In this document: piece by piece, positions 23,740 through 36,151 of the stretch
Layout: each line of letters begins with the position of its first letter
Numbering within the stretch: position 1 is the stretch's first letter
Assembly (NCBI RefSeq): GCF_006345805.1
Contig: NC_043019.1
Span: forward strand, 31,929,360 to 31,993,359
Direction: 5' to 3'
DNA length: 64,000 bases
Origin: Octopus sinensis
Taxonomy: Eukaryota
Notes under the pieces: generated by a model
The model's database searches: none
What the model saw: the letters and a program-made list of their open reading frames with translations, nothing else
Told to the model about the DNA's origin: nothing
Program-made: the position numbers and the translations under genes

Positions 23740-24460
23740 ATTAGTCGATTGTATCGATCCCGGTGTTTCACTGGTACTTAATTTTATCAACCCCGAAAGG
23801 ATGAAAGGCTAATTCACCCTTGGCGGAATTTGAACTCAGAATGTAGCAGCAGACAAAATACCTATTTCTTTACTACCCACAAGGGGCTAAACACAGATGA
23901 GACAAACAAGGACAGACAAACGGATTAAGTCGATTATATCGATCCCAGTGCGTAACTGGTACTTATTTAATTGACCCTGAAAAGATGAAGGCAAAGTCGA
24001 CCTCAGCGGAATTTGAACTCAGAACGTAACGGCAGACGAAATACCTATTTCTTTACTACCCACAAGGGGCTAAACACAGAGAGGACAAACATGGACAGAC
24101 AAACGGATTAAGTCGATTACACCGACTCCAGTGCGTAACTGGTACTTATTTAATTGACCCTGAAAGGATGAAAGGCAAAGTCGACCTTGGCGGAATTTGA
24201 ACTCAGAACGTAGCAGCAGACAAAATACCTATTTCTTTACTACCCACAAGGGGCTAAACACAGAGGGCACAAACAAGGACAGACAAACGGATTAAGTCGA
24301 TTACATCGACCCCAGTGCGTAACTGGAACTTATTTAATTGACCCTGAAAGGATGAAAGGCAAAGTCGACCTCGGCGGAATTTGAACTCAGAACGTAACGG
24401 CAGACAAAATACGGCTACGCATTTCGCCTGGCATGCTAATGTTTCTGCCACCTCGCCACC
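23740..24460 (-). mobile_element. SINE-B tandem array (~4 units, ~180 bp)
   Basis: Repeated aaatacctatttctttactacccacaagggg; head at about 24450. Confidence 0.95.
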
Positions 24461-25145
24461 TTAATAATAATAATAATAATAATAATAATATTAATAGTGA
24501 GGATGATGCTGATTTTTAACATAGGCCCATATGTATGTATGTGTATGTATATGTATGTGTATATATATATTGCTCTATAAGGATGGCAACAATATTACAC
24601 AGGCAGTCGAGTCATAGAGCAGTTCATTTACAAAAACAAAAGAAAAAAGAAAAAATGGATGAATCAAGCCCCGTTGAGAAATACCAGACTACACCATGTC
24701 ATCTTAAAACAAAACCCAAACAAATAACCAAGCTGTAGTCTCCACCTGCCAACACACCCATAAATATTTTCTTGCAAATTTTGGTTAAGTTATGAGCAAA
24801 CTGCTGAATCATTGTTGATGTCACACATCACATGATCCCAGCTAACCCATGTTTCCCCACTTTCACATGTTGTCCGTTGGGAGGTTAGCCAAACACATCA
24901 CTCTGTGTAGCGGTAAGCAGAAAATCCTTTCTAATGATAATCTAGTAACATGTAAGATATCTGTGTTATCTCACATGTAATAAACAATATGTTTTTACAC
25001 TCTGGTCATGCTGGTAGAGGGAAGCTGAAGCAATAAACGGAGTCACATTGCATGGTACCTTGGGCAAGTGTCTTCTACTGTAACCTCAGGCCAAGCAAAG
25101 CCTTGTGAGTGGATTTGGTAGATGAAAACTGAAAGAAGCTCATTG

Positions 25146-25177
<32 letters not shown>

Positions 25178-25183
25178 CGTGTG

Positions 25184-25453
25184 TGGAGGCGCAATGGCCC
25201 AGTGGTTAGGGCAGTGGACTCACGGTTGTAGAATCGCGGTTTCGATCCCCAGACCGGGCGTTGAGTGTTTATTGAGCGGAAACACCTAAAGCTCCACGAG
25301 GCTCCGGCAGCAGCTTTCTCTCTTTCTTCTGTTGGCCTGCTCGCTTAGCCAGCAGGGTGGCATCATTTGAAGGCTAAAACAATGCGAAGCGCATTGTGAC
25401 CAGCGATGTGTAGCAAGATCTGATAGCCTGGTCGGTCACGGTGATCACGGTGA
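25184..25453 (+). mobile_element. SINE-C
   Basis: tRNA-like head ggaggcgcaatggcccagtggttaggg; tail ctggtcggtcacggtgatcacggtga then (TA)n. Confidence 0.85.
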
Positions 25454-25749
25454 TATATATATATATATATATATATACTACTACTACTAATATAGGATGT
25501 TTTTTTTTCTACTGAAAAAAAATTCCATCAGAAAATGTGGCAGCATATTAGAATACCTTTACGGTTAAAATTATAAACAACTTATAAGTGAGGGCTAAAG
25601 AAAATTATTTCAATGCCAATATGCTGATAATAGACTATTAAATCGTCAATTTCCACATATTATTTACTCGCTACAGAAAAAAACGAAGAACTGAAATCGG
25701 GCAAACCGGCCATTAGAATTCTTTTAAAAAGTTTGTTATTTCTATATTG

Positions 25750-25793
<44 letters not shown>

Positions 25794-26559
25794 CTTTGTA
25801 TTTGTGTTTGTCCTCCCATCACCACTTGACAACTGGTGTTGGTGTGTTTCCATCCCTGTAACTTAGCGGTTTGGCAAAAGAGACTGATAGAATAAGTACT
25901 AGGCTTTAAAAAAATAATTTCTGGGGTTGATTTGACTAAAACTCTTCATAGCAGTGCTCCCGCATGGCCACAGTCAAATGACTGAAACAAAGAAATAAAA
26001 GAATATAATTTATTGAGGCCTTTGTTATTTGAGTACTTTTTTCTCCATCTAGTTTTGTATTTATGTACTCACCTGTTAGTGTGGTGGTGGGGGGAATTAA
26101 AACACTCATGGTCAGTGACAGGAATTTGAATAACAAATATGAATAAAAAAAATATTCTAAATATCATATAAAGATAAATCATTGATTTATTGAAGTTATT
26201 TTCACTTCCAGACAATATAAAACACACACCTGATAACTGTTGTGATTAACTCTGAATGAGAAAAGGAAATAATTTCGAGAATCAGCAATTCTTATGCACA
26301 GCATAAATCAGATGGAATGAAAAATTTTTTAATATTACACCCATCATCTCTGTAAATGCCGTATTTTACTGCTCTGAGCAGAGCTGCATACTTAAATAGG
26401 TTTTATTTAATTCCACATATCCTTCTTACTATTCAGAACTATTTCACTTGTTATTCATCCTTCATTCATAATTCTGTCCTCTCCACTCACTTTTTACATT
26501 GATTATGCTGTTCTTTCCCTGCCACCCATATGTATCATTGACCACCACCACCCCTGCAG

Positions 26560-26748
26560 AAAAGCGAACCTGACGTAAGGGATCAACAGCCGACAGACCA
26601 CAATCCACACACAGATGTGATCTATGCGACCGAGACTGTTGTTTTCACATTGGTCTCCATAGCCATAGGAGATGCTGCACAAGCCGAGCTACCCAACCTA
26701 GACAATAAATGGATGGACGTGATACCCATGATCAGCCATGACCGAAGG
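26560..26748 (+). mobile_element. Unclassified retroposon 3' remnant sharing the SINE-D terminal motif
   Basis: Ends cccatgatcagccatgaccgaagg, similar to the SINE-D end cccatggtcattcatgaccgaagg. Confidence 0.35.
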
Positions 26749-26779
26749 TGGCCCTCTCTCATCCTACTCAATTTCTACA

Positions 26780-27400
26780 GTCAACTTTGCCTTTCACCCT
26801 TTTGAGTCCAATAAAATACCCGTTGAACGCCGGGGTCAGTGTAATCGACTCTCATCCTCTCCCACCGAAATTGCTGGCCTTGTGCCAAAATTTGAAACCA
26901 TTACTATCATCGTCATCGTCATCATCATTATTATTCATTTTGTCCATCTTTACATTCTGAGTTCTAATGCCGCCAAGGTCAACAGCTGTAAATTAATGGA
27001 AGTTGATTTCATAATTTCCTGTCACTTTTTCATTTACTCTTTTACTTGTTTCAATCATTTGACTGTGGCCGTGCTGGAGCACTGCCTTCAGTCAAGCAAA
27101 TTGACCCAGGACTTATTCGTTGTAAAATACCAGTTGAACGCTGGGGTCAATGTGATCAATTCTCTCCCACCAAAATTGCTGGCCTTGTGCCAAAATTTGA
27201 AACCATTACTATCATCATCATCGTCATCATTATTATTATTCATTTTGTCCTTCCTTACATTCTGAGTTCAAATGCCGCCAAGGTCAACTTTGCCTTTCAT
27301 CCTTTCGGGGTCAATGAAATAAGTACCAGTTGAACACTGGGGTCAATATAATCGACTAGTCCCCTCTCCCAAAATTTCCGTCCTTGTGCTTTTAGTAAAA
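26780..27400 (+). repeat. Duplicated SINE-B-variant fragment with a ~140 bp templated insert
   Basis: 26823-26980 repeats at 27133-27295; 26981-27126 matches 32469-32599. Confidence 0.8.
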
Positions 27401-27440
27401 CGGATTATTGCTGTTGTTGTTGTTATTATTATTATTATTA

Positions 27441-27867
27441 TTGAGTGAGAGAGCAGTGCATGCCATCAAAGTGACACTGGGGTAAAATATACGAAGCCCA
27501 ATATACCCATCATGACTACCCGTCTGATAAGGGTACACCAGGCACATGCATCACAACCATATGTGCGCGACATGGTGATCTCATATCAAGATAAACAGCA
27601 CATGACCTTGCAGGTGAGGCCCAGTTAGAATTTTCTTCAGGTTGAGTAGCCGATCCCGCTCAAACGGTCCCTGAATAAGGGTTGTTTAAGGATGTTGAAA
27701 GAACCACCCATGTTTCCAGAGGTGAATTATTCAAACCCCAAAGAATCCTTCTCAACACATGGCTATGATGCTCCCCCACTACTTCTGCTCGTGATCAGAG
27801 ATGCACATATCGTCAGCCACTAAGGGACATGCTCAACTGGTTAAGGTCAAACAACTGACAAGCAAAT
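27441..27867 (-). mobile_element. Retroposon 3' segment flanked on both sides by (TAA)n
   Basis: Overlaps in sequence with 42124-42330 (atttgcttgtcagttgtttgacc...); short copy of its end at about 34935. Confidence 0.7.
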
Positions 27868-27924
27868 TATTACTATTATTATTATTATTTATTATTATTA
27901 TTATTATTATTATTGTCACAAGAA

Positions 27925-28225
27925 TGGCCAGTATAAAAGGACCAATTCTGAGGATACACCTGTAAGAAATAGGTATTACGAAAGGAGAAAGGGGCTCTCT
28001 ACCCCCCTTTTGACCAGGCTCCTGTGGCTTTTATGGGTTTTTCCACCAGGAACCTTTCGAAGCGCCTCCCCCTATTGGGAATTTTTCACTGTTAAATATT
28101 TTCGTTGTTATACTGTTTTTTACACGGATTTTTCAAACGGACAAAACCCTTTGTAACTTTTGTCCTGTGTTTTGTCCCCTTATGTTATAATTAATTTTTT
28201 CAGCCCTTGTGGCCAATAAAAGAAT
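27925..28225 (+). mobile_element. Unclassified LTR-like/PLE-like fragment
   Basis: TATA-like gtataaaagg, long hairpin, end cagcccttgtggccaataaaagaat; similar layout at 53720-54060. Confidence 0.35.
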
Positions 28226-29153
28226 TTATTATTATTGTTATTATTATTATTTTTTTTTTACTTTCCAGGTTCTGGTTAATGTATCATTAAAACAAAAAAA
28301 TAACATTAAGCAAAACTGGATTTTACTAAATTAGGCTTATGGTAAGTACACATCTGATTTTTTTTTTTTTGCTTTTATATGGTTGTTCAACTTACTAGAA
28401 ATAACCCTTAAGACATCTTCAAATCACACTATATTGATTTAAATAGGGACACATTGAGTTGCTGTCCCTCACTTTTTTTTCCCCCATTGCAGGCCCTATG
28501 AGCTATCTGCCATCATTAAATTGGGTTGCACTCCTAGAAGAATGATTTAAGAAATGTATGTAATACATACAGTGGTGGTGCCCCAGCATGGCCGCGGCCT
28601 TCGGGCTAAAACATTTTTAAGGATTTTAAGGATTTAATAGGCGCAGGAGTGGCTGTGTAGAAAGAAGCTTGCTTACCAACTACATGGTTCTGGGTTCAGT
28701 CCCACTGCATGGCACCTTGGACAAGTGTCTTCTGCTATAATCCCATACTGACTAATGCCTTGTAAGTGAATATTGGTGAGTGTCTTCTACTATAGTCTCG
28801 GTTCAATCGAAACCTTGTGAGTGAACTTGGTAGATGGAAACTAAAAGAAGCCTGTCATATATGTGTGTGTGTATGTATATGTGTGTGTGTATGTACATGC
28901 ATGTGTATGTAAGTGTGTGTTTATGTGTGTGTGTGTAAAGCTTTAATAAAATCTTATGCTGTGATATGAATAGGTGTGTCTGTGTGGTTAAGAAGCTTGC
29001 TTTGCGATTATGTGGTTTCAGGTTCAGCTCCACTGCTTAGCATCTTAGCATCTTGGGCATGTATTTCCTACTATTGCCTACTAATGCCTCGCGAGTGAAT
29101 TAATATGTAGAAACTATACTGAAGCCCTTTATATATATATATATAATATATAT

Positions 29154-29187
<34 letters not shown>

Positions 29188-29749
29188 AATAATAGTTACC
29201 CTGGTAACTATTTATTTATTTTTCCGTGTTAATTGTTAACAAGGTAAAAATACACTCATCTTGCTTGACAACCGATGCTGGTGTGTTTACGTCCCCGTCA
29301 CTTAGCGATTCGGCAAAAGAGACCGATAGAATAAGTACTGGGCTTACAAAGAATAAGTCCTGGGGTCGATTTGCTCGACTAAAGGCAGTGCTCCAGCATG
29401 GCCACAGTCAAATGACTGAAACAAGTAAAAGAGTAAAAAGAGTAATATATATATATATATATATACACACACATAGACATGCATGTATGGTAAATACGTC
29501 CACTGATCTGTTAAGACTGTGTTCAAATCTCTGAGATCAATTCGGTCACTATCTTTTATCTTTATTTATCTCTTGTTTCAGTTGTTAGGCTCTGACCATG
29601 CTGGGGCACCACCTTCGAGAATCGTAGTTAAATGAATCGACTCCAGTACTTTTAACTTTTTAAGCTTGGTATTTATTCTATTAGTTTCTTTTGCCGATCT
29701 GCTAGTTACAGGGATATAAACACACCAACACTGGCTGTTAAGAGGTGTT

Positions 29750-30890
29750 CCTTCTCATCTCTTTCTTTGTTTCCTCTCCCTCTTTTCTTACTCCTCTCTT
29801 TTTCTCTTTCCATCTCACTCTCTTTTTCATCATCTCACTCTCTTTTTCATCATCTCTCAGCATCATCTCTCTCTCTCTTCATTATCTCTCTTTTTTTATC
29901 ACTCTCTTTCTTTATCTCTCCCTTTCTTTATTTCTCTTTTTCTCTCTCTCTTCATCATCTCCCTCTCTCTCTCTTCATCATCATCTCCCTCTCTCTCTTC
30001 ATCATCATCTCCCTCTCTCTCTTCATCATCATCATCTTCATCATCATCTCCCTCTCTCTCTTCATCATCATCTCCCTCTCTCTCTTCATCATCATCTCCC
30101 TCTCTCTCTTCATCATCATCTCCCTCTCTCTCTTCATCATCATCTCCCTCTCTCTCTTCATCATCCTCTCCCTCTCTCTCTTCATCATCCTCTCCCTCTC
30201 TCTCTTCATCTCCCTCCCTCTCTCTCTTCATCTCCCTCTCTCTCTTCATCTCCCTCTCTCTCTTCATCTCCCTCTCTCTCTTCATCATCCTCTCCCTCTC
30301 TCTCTTTCATCTTCATCCTTATCTCTCTTTCATCATCATCCTCATCTCTCTCTCTTTATCATCCTCTCCCTCTCTCTCTTTATCATCCTCTCCCTCTCTC
30401 TCTTTATCATCCTCTCCCTCTCTCTCTTTATCATCCTCTCCCTCTCTCTCTTTATCATCCTCTCCCTCTCTCTCTTTATCATCCTCTCCCCTCTCTCTCT
30501 TCATCATCCTCTCCCTCTCTCTTCATCATCATCTCCCTCTCTCTCTCCATCATCCTCTCCCTCTCTCTCTTCATCATCTTCTCTCTCTTTATCATCCTCT
30601 CCCTCTCTCTCTTTATCATCCTCTCCCTCTCTCTCTTGATCATCCTCTCCCTCTCTCTTTATCATCATCCTCATCTCTCTCTCATCTTCATCCTCATCTC
30701 TCTCTCTTTCATCTTCATCCTCATCTCTCTCTCTTTCATCTTCATCCTCATCTCTCTCTCTTTCATCTTCATCCTCATCTCTCTCTCTTTCATCTTCATC
30801 CTCATCTCTCTCTCTTTCATCATCATCCTCATCTCTCTCTCTTTCTTCATTTATCTCACTCTCTTTATCTCTGTCTCTCTCCCTCTGACT
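29750..30890. repeat. Compound (TC)n/(CAT)n minisatellite (~24-27 bp units)
   Basis: ctctctctcttcatcatcatctcc-type units; source of the 383 aa and 290 aa low-complexity ORFs. Confidence 0.95.
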
Positions 30891-31359
30891 TGTTAGTGCT
30901 GTTAGAGCCATCAGCTGTAGTAGAGTATCTCTATAGCAGTGATACAATGTCTTGTAGTGCTGATGCCAGGAAAAGTTGTAGTTGTAGATGGTTTGGTGGG
31001 GGGGGGGTCGGAGGGCGTACGGTGGAATATGGAACTGGCTGACTCTAAAAATACGGGATTTTGCGCTAATTTTGAAAATCCTATCTTCTGGTGCAACAAA
31101 ATAGAATAACATATCTCCCAGTGTATATATCTGCCAACGGGAAAAAACCTACCACCATGCCTTGGCGTGTGTACACATTGATGCACATGAAGGTTTATCT
31201 GTGTGGGTGTATTTGTGAATCTCGTGTGTGTGTGGTGTCTGTGTGTGTAGTTTTGTTTTTTGAGGAGTGTTGGGGACCATCTCTGAGTCATTGTTGTTCC
31301 CAGGTCTACTCTGAGCATGTGTAATTGCAGCTGTCAGGCTCCCAGCTATGAGTATTTAA

Positions 31360-31570
31360 CCCTTTCGTTACCAACCCGGCTGAAACCACTTCTGGCCCTG
31401 TAGTACAAATGTCTTGTTTTCAAAAGTTTTGAATTAAAATCTTCCACCAAACCTTAGTCACAATTTACGTTGCTGAATGATAACTAAGTTATTTTACTAA
31501 ATTCTTTGTTATATTTAAAGTAATTGAAAGAAACACAGAGCATCTCAAAATAAATACAGTAATGAATGGG
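31360..31570. mobile_element. piggyBac-like MITE
   Basis: TTAA-CCCTTTCGTTAC...GTAATGAATGGG-TTAA. Confidence 0.75.
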
Positions 31571-31827
31571 TTAAGTAGCACTTATTAGGGCTTGCCTACC
31601 TATGCATGTGAAAAAACTGGATCTGATGGACTCTGCAAAAGAAACCTTCATGGTGCAATGGAGTGGAAGGTGACTGCAGCAATGGATTGTGAAGTGCAGA
31701 GAATTATGTGAAATAAAGTGTCTTTGCCAAACCGCTAAGTTACATGGGACGTAAACACACCAGCATCGGTTGTCAAGTGATGTTGGGGGGAAAAACACAA
31801 ACATATATACACACACACACATACATA

Positions 31828-32095
31828 ACACACAGCCTGGTCTGGGAATCAAACTCACTACCTCATATTGTAAGCCTGGTGCTCTAACCACTGAGCCTTG
31901 AGTTGTGACATCACTGTTGTGAAGCTGTATCGGCCCTTTGCTTTTCCCTTGGATGACATCAGTGGCATGGAAAGGGGGAGGCTGGTTTGCATGAGTGACT
32001 GTTGATTTTTCACAAACAATCTTGCCCAGGCTTGTGCTTCGGAGGGGATCTTTCTCGGTGCTATCCCATGGCCATTCGTGACCGAAGGTCTTTAT
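31828..32095. mobile_element. SINE-D with inverted head
   Basis: Head on the minus strand at 31828-31897; body and tail on the plus strand at 31900-32095. Confidence 0.65.
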
Positions 32096-32519
32096 CCTTT
32101 ACATATGCTTTAAAATAAAATGTTAGCTAAGTAAGAGAGCGCGATATGAAAGTACCCGTGTTGATGCCATGTAAAAAGCACCCATGTCAGTGTCACGTAA
32201 AAGCCACCTGTGCCCAGTACCACACAAATAGCACCCACCCATGACAGTACAACATGCATGGGCACCTGTGCCAGTGTCATATAAACAAGTACCCATGCTG
32301 GTGCCACTTAGAGAGCACCTGTACTGTTTTTGTTATTTTCCTACAATGATTTTATTCTCTATGTAAATGCTTTCCCAAATAAACTTACATGTCATTTTAG
32401 AAGCTCTGAGGAAGCTATGAGGCAATGCTCAAGCACTTGACTCTGTGTGCACTGCATCGTATAGCAGAAACAGCTGTAAGTTAATGGAAGTTGATTTCAT
32501 AATTTCCTGTTACTTTTTC

Positions 32520-33090
32520 ATTTACTTGTTTCAGTCATTTGACTGCAGCCATGCTGGAGCACCGCCTTTAGTCGAGCAAATTGACCCCAGGACTTATTCT
32601 TTGTAAGCCTAGTACTTATTCTATCGGTCTCTTTTGCTGAACCGCTAAGTTACAGGGATGTAAACACACCAGCATTGGTTGTCAAGCGATGTTGGGAGAC
32701 AAACACAGATACACAAACGTATACACAGAGACATACATATATATATATATACATACATACATATATATGATGGGCTTCTTTCAGTTTCCATCAACCACAT
32801 CCACTCACAAGGCTTTGGTAGGCCCGAGGCTATAGTAGAAGACACTTGTCCAAGGTGCCACGCAGTGGGACTAAACCCGGAACCATGTAGTTCGTAAGCA
32901 AGCTACTTACCACACACACACACACATATGACAAACTTCTACCAGTTTCTATCTTCCAAATCCACACGCAAAGCTTTGGTTGGCCCAGAGCTGTAGTTGA
33001 AGCCACATGCCCTTGCCCAAGGAGCAGCACAGCTGGATTGAACTCAAGGCCATATGCTTAGCCAGCAAGCTTTTTAACCACACAGCCACG
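32520..33090 (-). mobile_element. SINE-A plus an adjacent diverged SINE-A-like 5' part
   Basis: Reverse-complement matches. Confidence 0.85.
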
Positions 33091-33385
33091 CTGGCCTCAC
33101 TGTGAAACCAAGCTCCCTGGTTAAACCAAAAGTCTCTGAGCAACTTCAATGTTGAGGCTACAAGTTTCTTCCCTCGTTAAAGACTCATCATAAGAGCATT
33201 TAATCCTACCTTGAAAACTGCCTGAAGAAACTAACGTAGAAGAATTTATTGAAATGGTAAAACCAGTTTCTGAGTGCCAAGGTTGATTTGCATAATGGAA
33301 CAAGGTTGTCAACTGGGCATAATAAGTAGACTAGCAAAACGGTACAGTTGGGTATCTATGTATAAATACAAACATACATACACAA

Positions 33386-33427
<42 letters not shown>

Positions 33428-33915
33428 TATATATATATATATGGGGGGGGGGTATATTCCCCTTGTGTGTTTAAGCTTTTGTGTGTGTATGTGTGTGTAT
33501 ATATAAAGATATATATATATATATATATCAGTCCATACACACACGTCTATAACATATATATATATTTAATATATATATATAATATATATATATATATACA
33601 CACACATATTTAGATTTGTATATTGATGTGCGTGTATGTGTGAATGTGTATAAATATATGATTGTGTGTGTGTATGTATATATATATATATATATATATA
33701 TAATAATATACACGCATACGCATATACACAAGTATATATGTATTAGCATAAATATATATTGTGTATGTTTATCCATCTAACTATATATATATAATATATA
33801 TATATATCCATATATAAATAAGTATAATATATTTATGTATTTGTGTGTGTGTGTGTATATATAAAGATATATATATATATATATCCATATATAATAAGTA
33901 TAATATATTTATGTA

Positions 33916-33970
<55 letters not shown>

Positions 33971-35319
33971 GGACGTTAAACGATGATGATGATGATGATA
34001 TACGTCTGTGTAAATGTGTGTGCATGCATATTTTCACATAATTAAATACAAAAACACCCACATCTGTGTGTGTGTGATTCCACATTTTTTTCCCAAGCTG
34101 GCTGCCTGACTACTTAACTCTGCAACAACAACAACATTATGACTGCCATGTTTGTTGCGCTGAGTGATGCTGTCATGTACTTGAGATGCAATAATCACAA
34201 GGTTTACCCCCCAACTGGAGCAACTATGTTTAGAAGTTTAGTAACCTACTGCTACGACTGATGGTAGTAGTACTGTTTGGTAGTATTGATAGTAGTACTG
34301 GTGGCAGTAGTTGCAGTGGTATTTGTTTTTGTTGGTGTTATCCTTATTATTATTATTATTAGTAGTAGTAGTAGTAGTGTAAGGGCTATTGTTATTTATA
34401 CCAGTTGAGTACTGGAATCAACTTAGCCGCCGCCCCACACGCAAACACACTGAAATTGCTGGCCTTGTGCCAAAATTTGAAACCATCACCATTATTATTA
34501 TTATTATTATTGTTATTATTATTATTCATATATACTCAACAGATTAGACTGTTGGAAAAGAAAAGAATCCTAAAATTGGGCTACAACAAATAGCCTTAGA
34601 TGCCAAGAACCCTTCTATTGGGTTACGGCGAGTAACCTTAGATACCAAAAACCCTCCTAAGTATCCTAGCTGTTCCTAATAACACTGTTTTCTGGAGATG
34701 TACTAAACTGGGTTTTATGCCTATTTCCTCTATCCATCTCTTCAGTTCTTTAGGGATAGTTCCTAATGCATCTATAACTACTGGGGTACATTTTACCCGC
34801 ACTTTCCATAGTCGCTGTTATTCAGTGGCTAGGTCCTGGTACTTTGCTATTTTCTCTATACTTCTCATATTCATTTTTATTATTATTATTATTAAATTTC
34901 ATGCCTTGTGCCTATTGTAGAAAAGATTATTATTATTATTGAGTGAGAGAGCAGTGCATGCCATCAAAAAGAAAATACCCATTATTATAACATTATGGTC
35001 AAAGCCTGCAGATGAATGTCCAGTTTTTGCTGGACAGCCTGCATGCAAATGGTTTGTTTATAGTGATCAAATGTATGTGCTGTACATTAGCTCACTCCCT
35101 CCATCAAATCAAAGTTACCTGAACAGGTGCACAGTGTACCACGCATCAGGTGTTGAAGCAGTCATAGAGCAGCATGAGACGAAGTGTTTTTTTTTTTCCT
35201 CAAGAACACGACACAACACCTGGTGTAGGAATCGAAGCCACGATCTCACATGCAACACCCTAAGGCCATATGTCCTCACATCAAATAAATAAATAATCCT
35301 TTCTATTATAGGTGCAAGG

Positions 35320-35870
35320 CCTGAAATTTGGGGGAAGGGGATAATCGATTACATCGACCCCGGTGCGTAACTGGTACTTTATTTATTGACTCCCAATAGG
35401 ATGAAAGGCAAAGTTGATCCCAGTGGAATTTGAACTCAGAACATAGTGACGGGTGAAATACCTATTTCTTTACTACCGTCAAGGGGCTAAACACAGAGGG
35501 GACAAACAAGGACAGACAAATGGATTAAACCGGTTACATTGACCCCAGTGTGTATCTGGTACTTAATTTATTGACCCCGAAAGGATGAAAGGCAAAGTCA
35601 ACCTCGGCGGAATTTGAACTCAGAACGTAACAGCAGAAGAAATACCTATTTCTTTACTACCCAGAAGGGGCTAAACACAGAGAGGACAAACGAGGACAGA
35701 CAAATGGATTAAGTCGATTACACTGACCCCAGTGCGTAACTGGTACTTAATTTATCGACCCCGAAAAGATGAAAAACCAAGTTGACCTCGGCGGAATTTG
35801 AACTCAGAACATAACGGCAGATGATATACGGCTAAGCATTTCGCCCGGCGTGCTAACGTTTCTACCAGCT
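35320..35870 (-). mobile_element. SINE-B tandem array (~3 units)
   Basis: Units joined at aaatacctatttc. Confidence 0.9.
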
Positions 35871-36151
35871 CACAGTGACGGGTCAAACACCACTCAGCAT
35901 TGTGTCAAGCTGCCCTATTTCAAAGAAATAATAACAATGATTATAACAATAATGGTTTCAAATTTTGGAACAAGGCCAGTAATTTCAAGGGAGTGGGGGA
36001 TTAGTTGAGCACTGAAGTCATGGCAGTCGACTATTTCTTTATTTATTGACTCAGTCGACCTCAGCAGAATTTGAACTCAGAGCGTATAGAATGATTTTGC
36101 CCAATGTGCTAACGATTCTGCCATTTCACTGCTTTATGTGTATTATTAATA

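Noticed and set aside
26617-26805. Possible exon after cccctgcag (KSEPDVRDQQ...)
   Set aside because: No recognisable protein, no clear donor, and the 3' part matches a retroposon tail.
28493-28555. 63 nt cassette with a good acceptor and a GTATGT donor
   Set aside because: Stops in all three frames and no supporting neighbouring exons.
29745-30896. 383 aa and 290 aa ORFs
   Set aside because: Pure translation of a TC/CAT minisatellite; no domain content.
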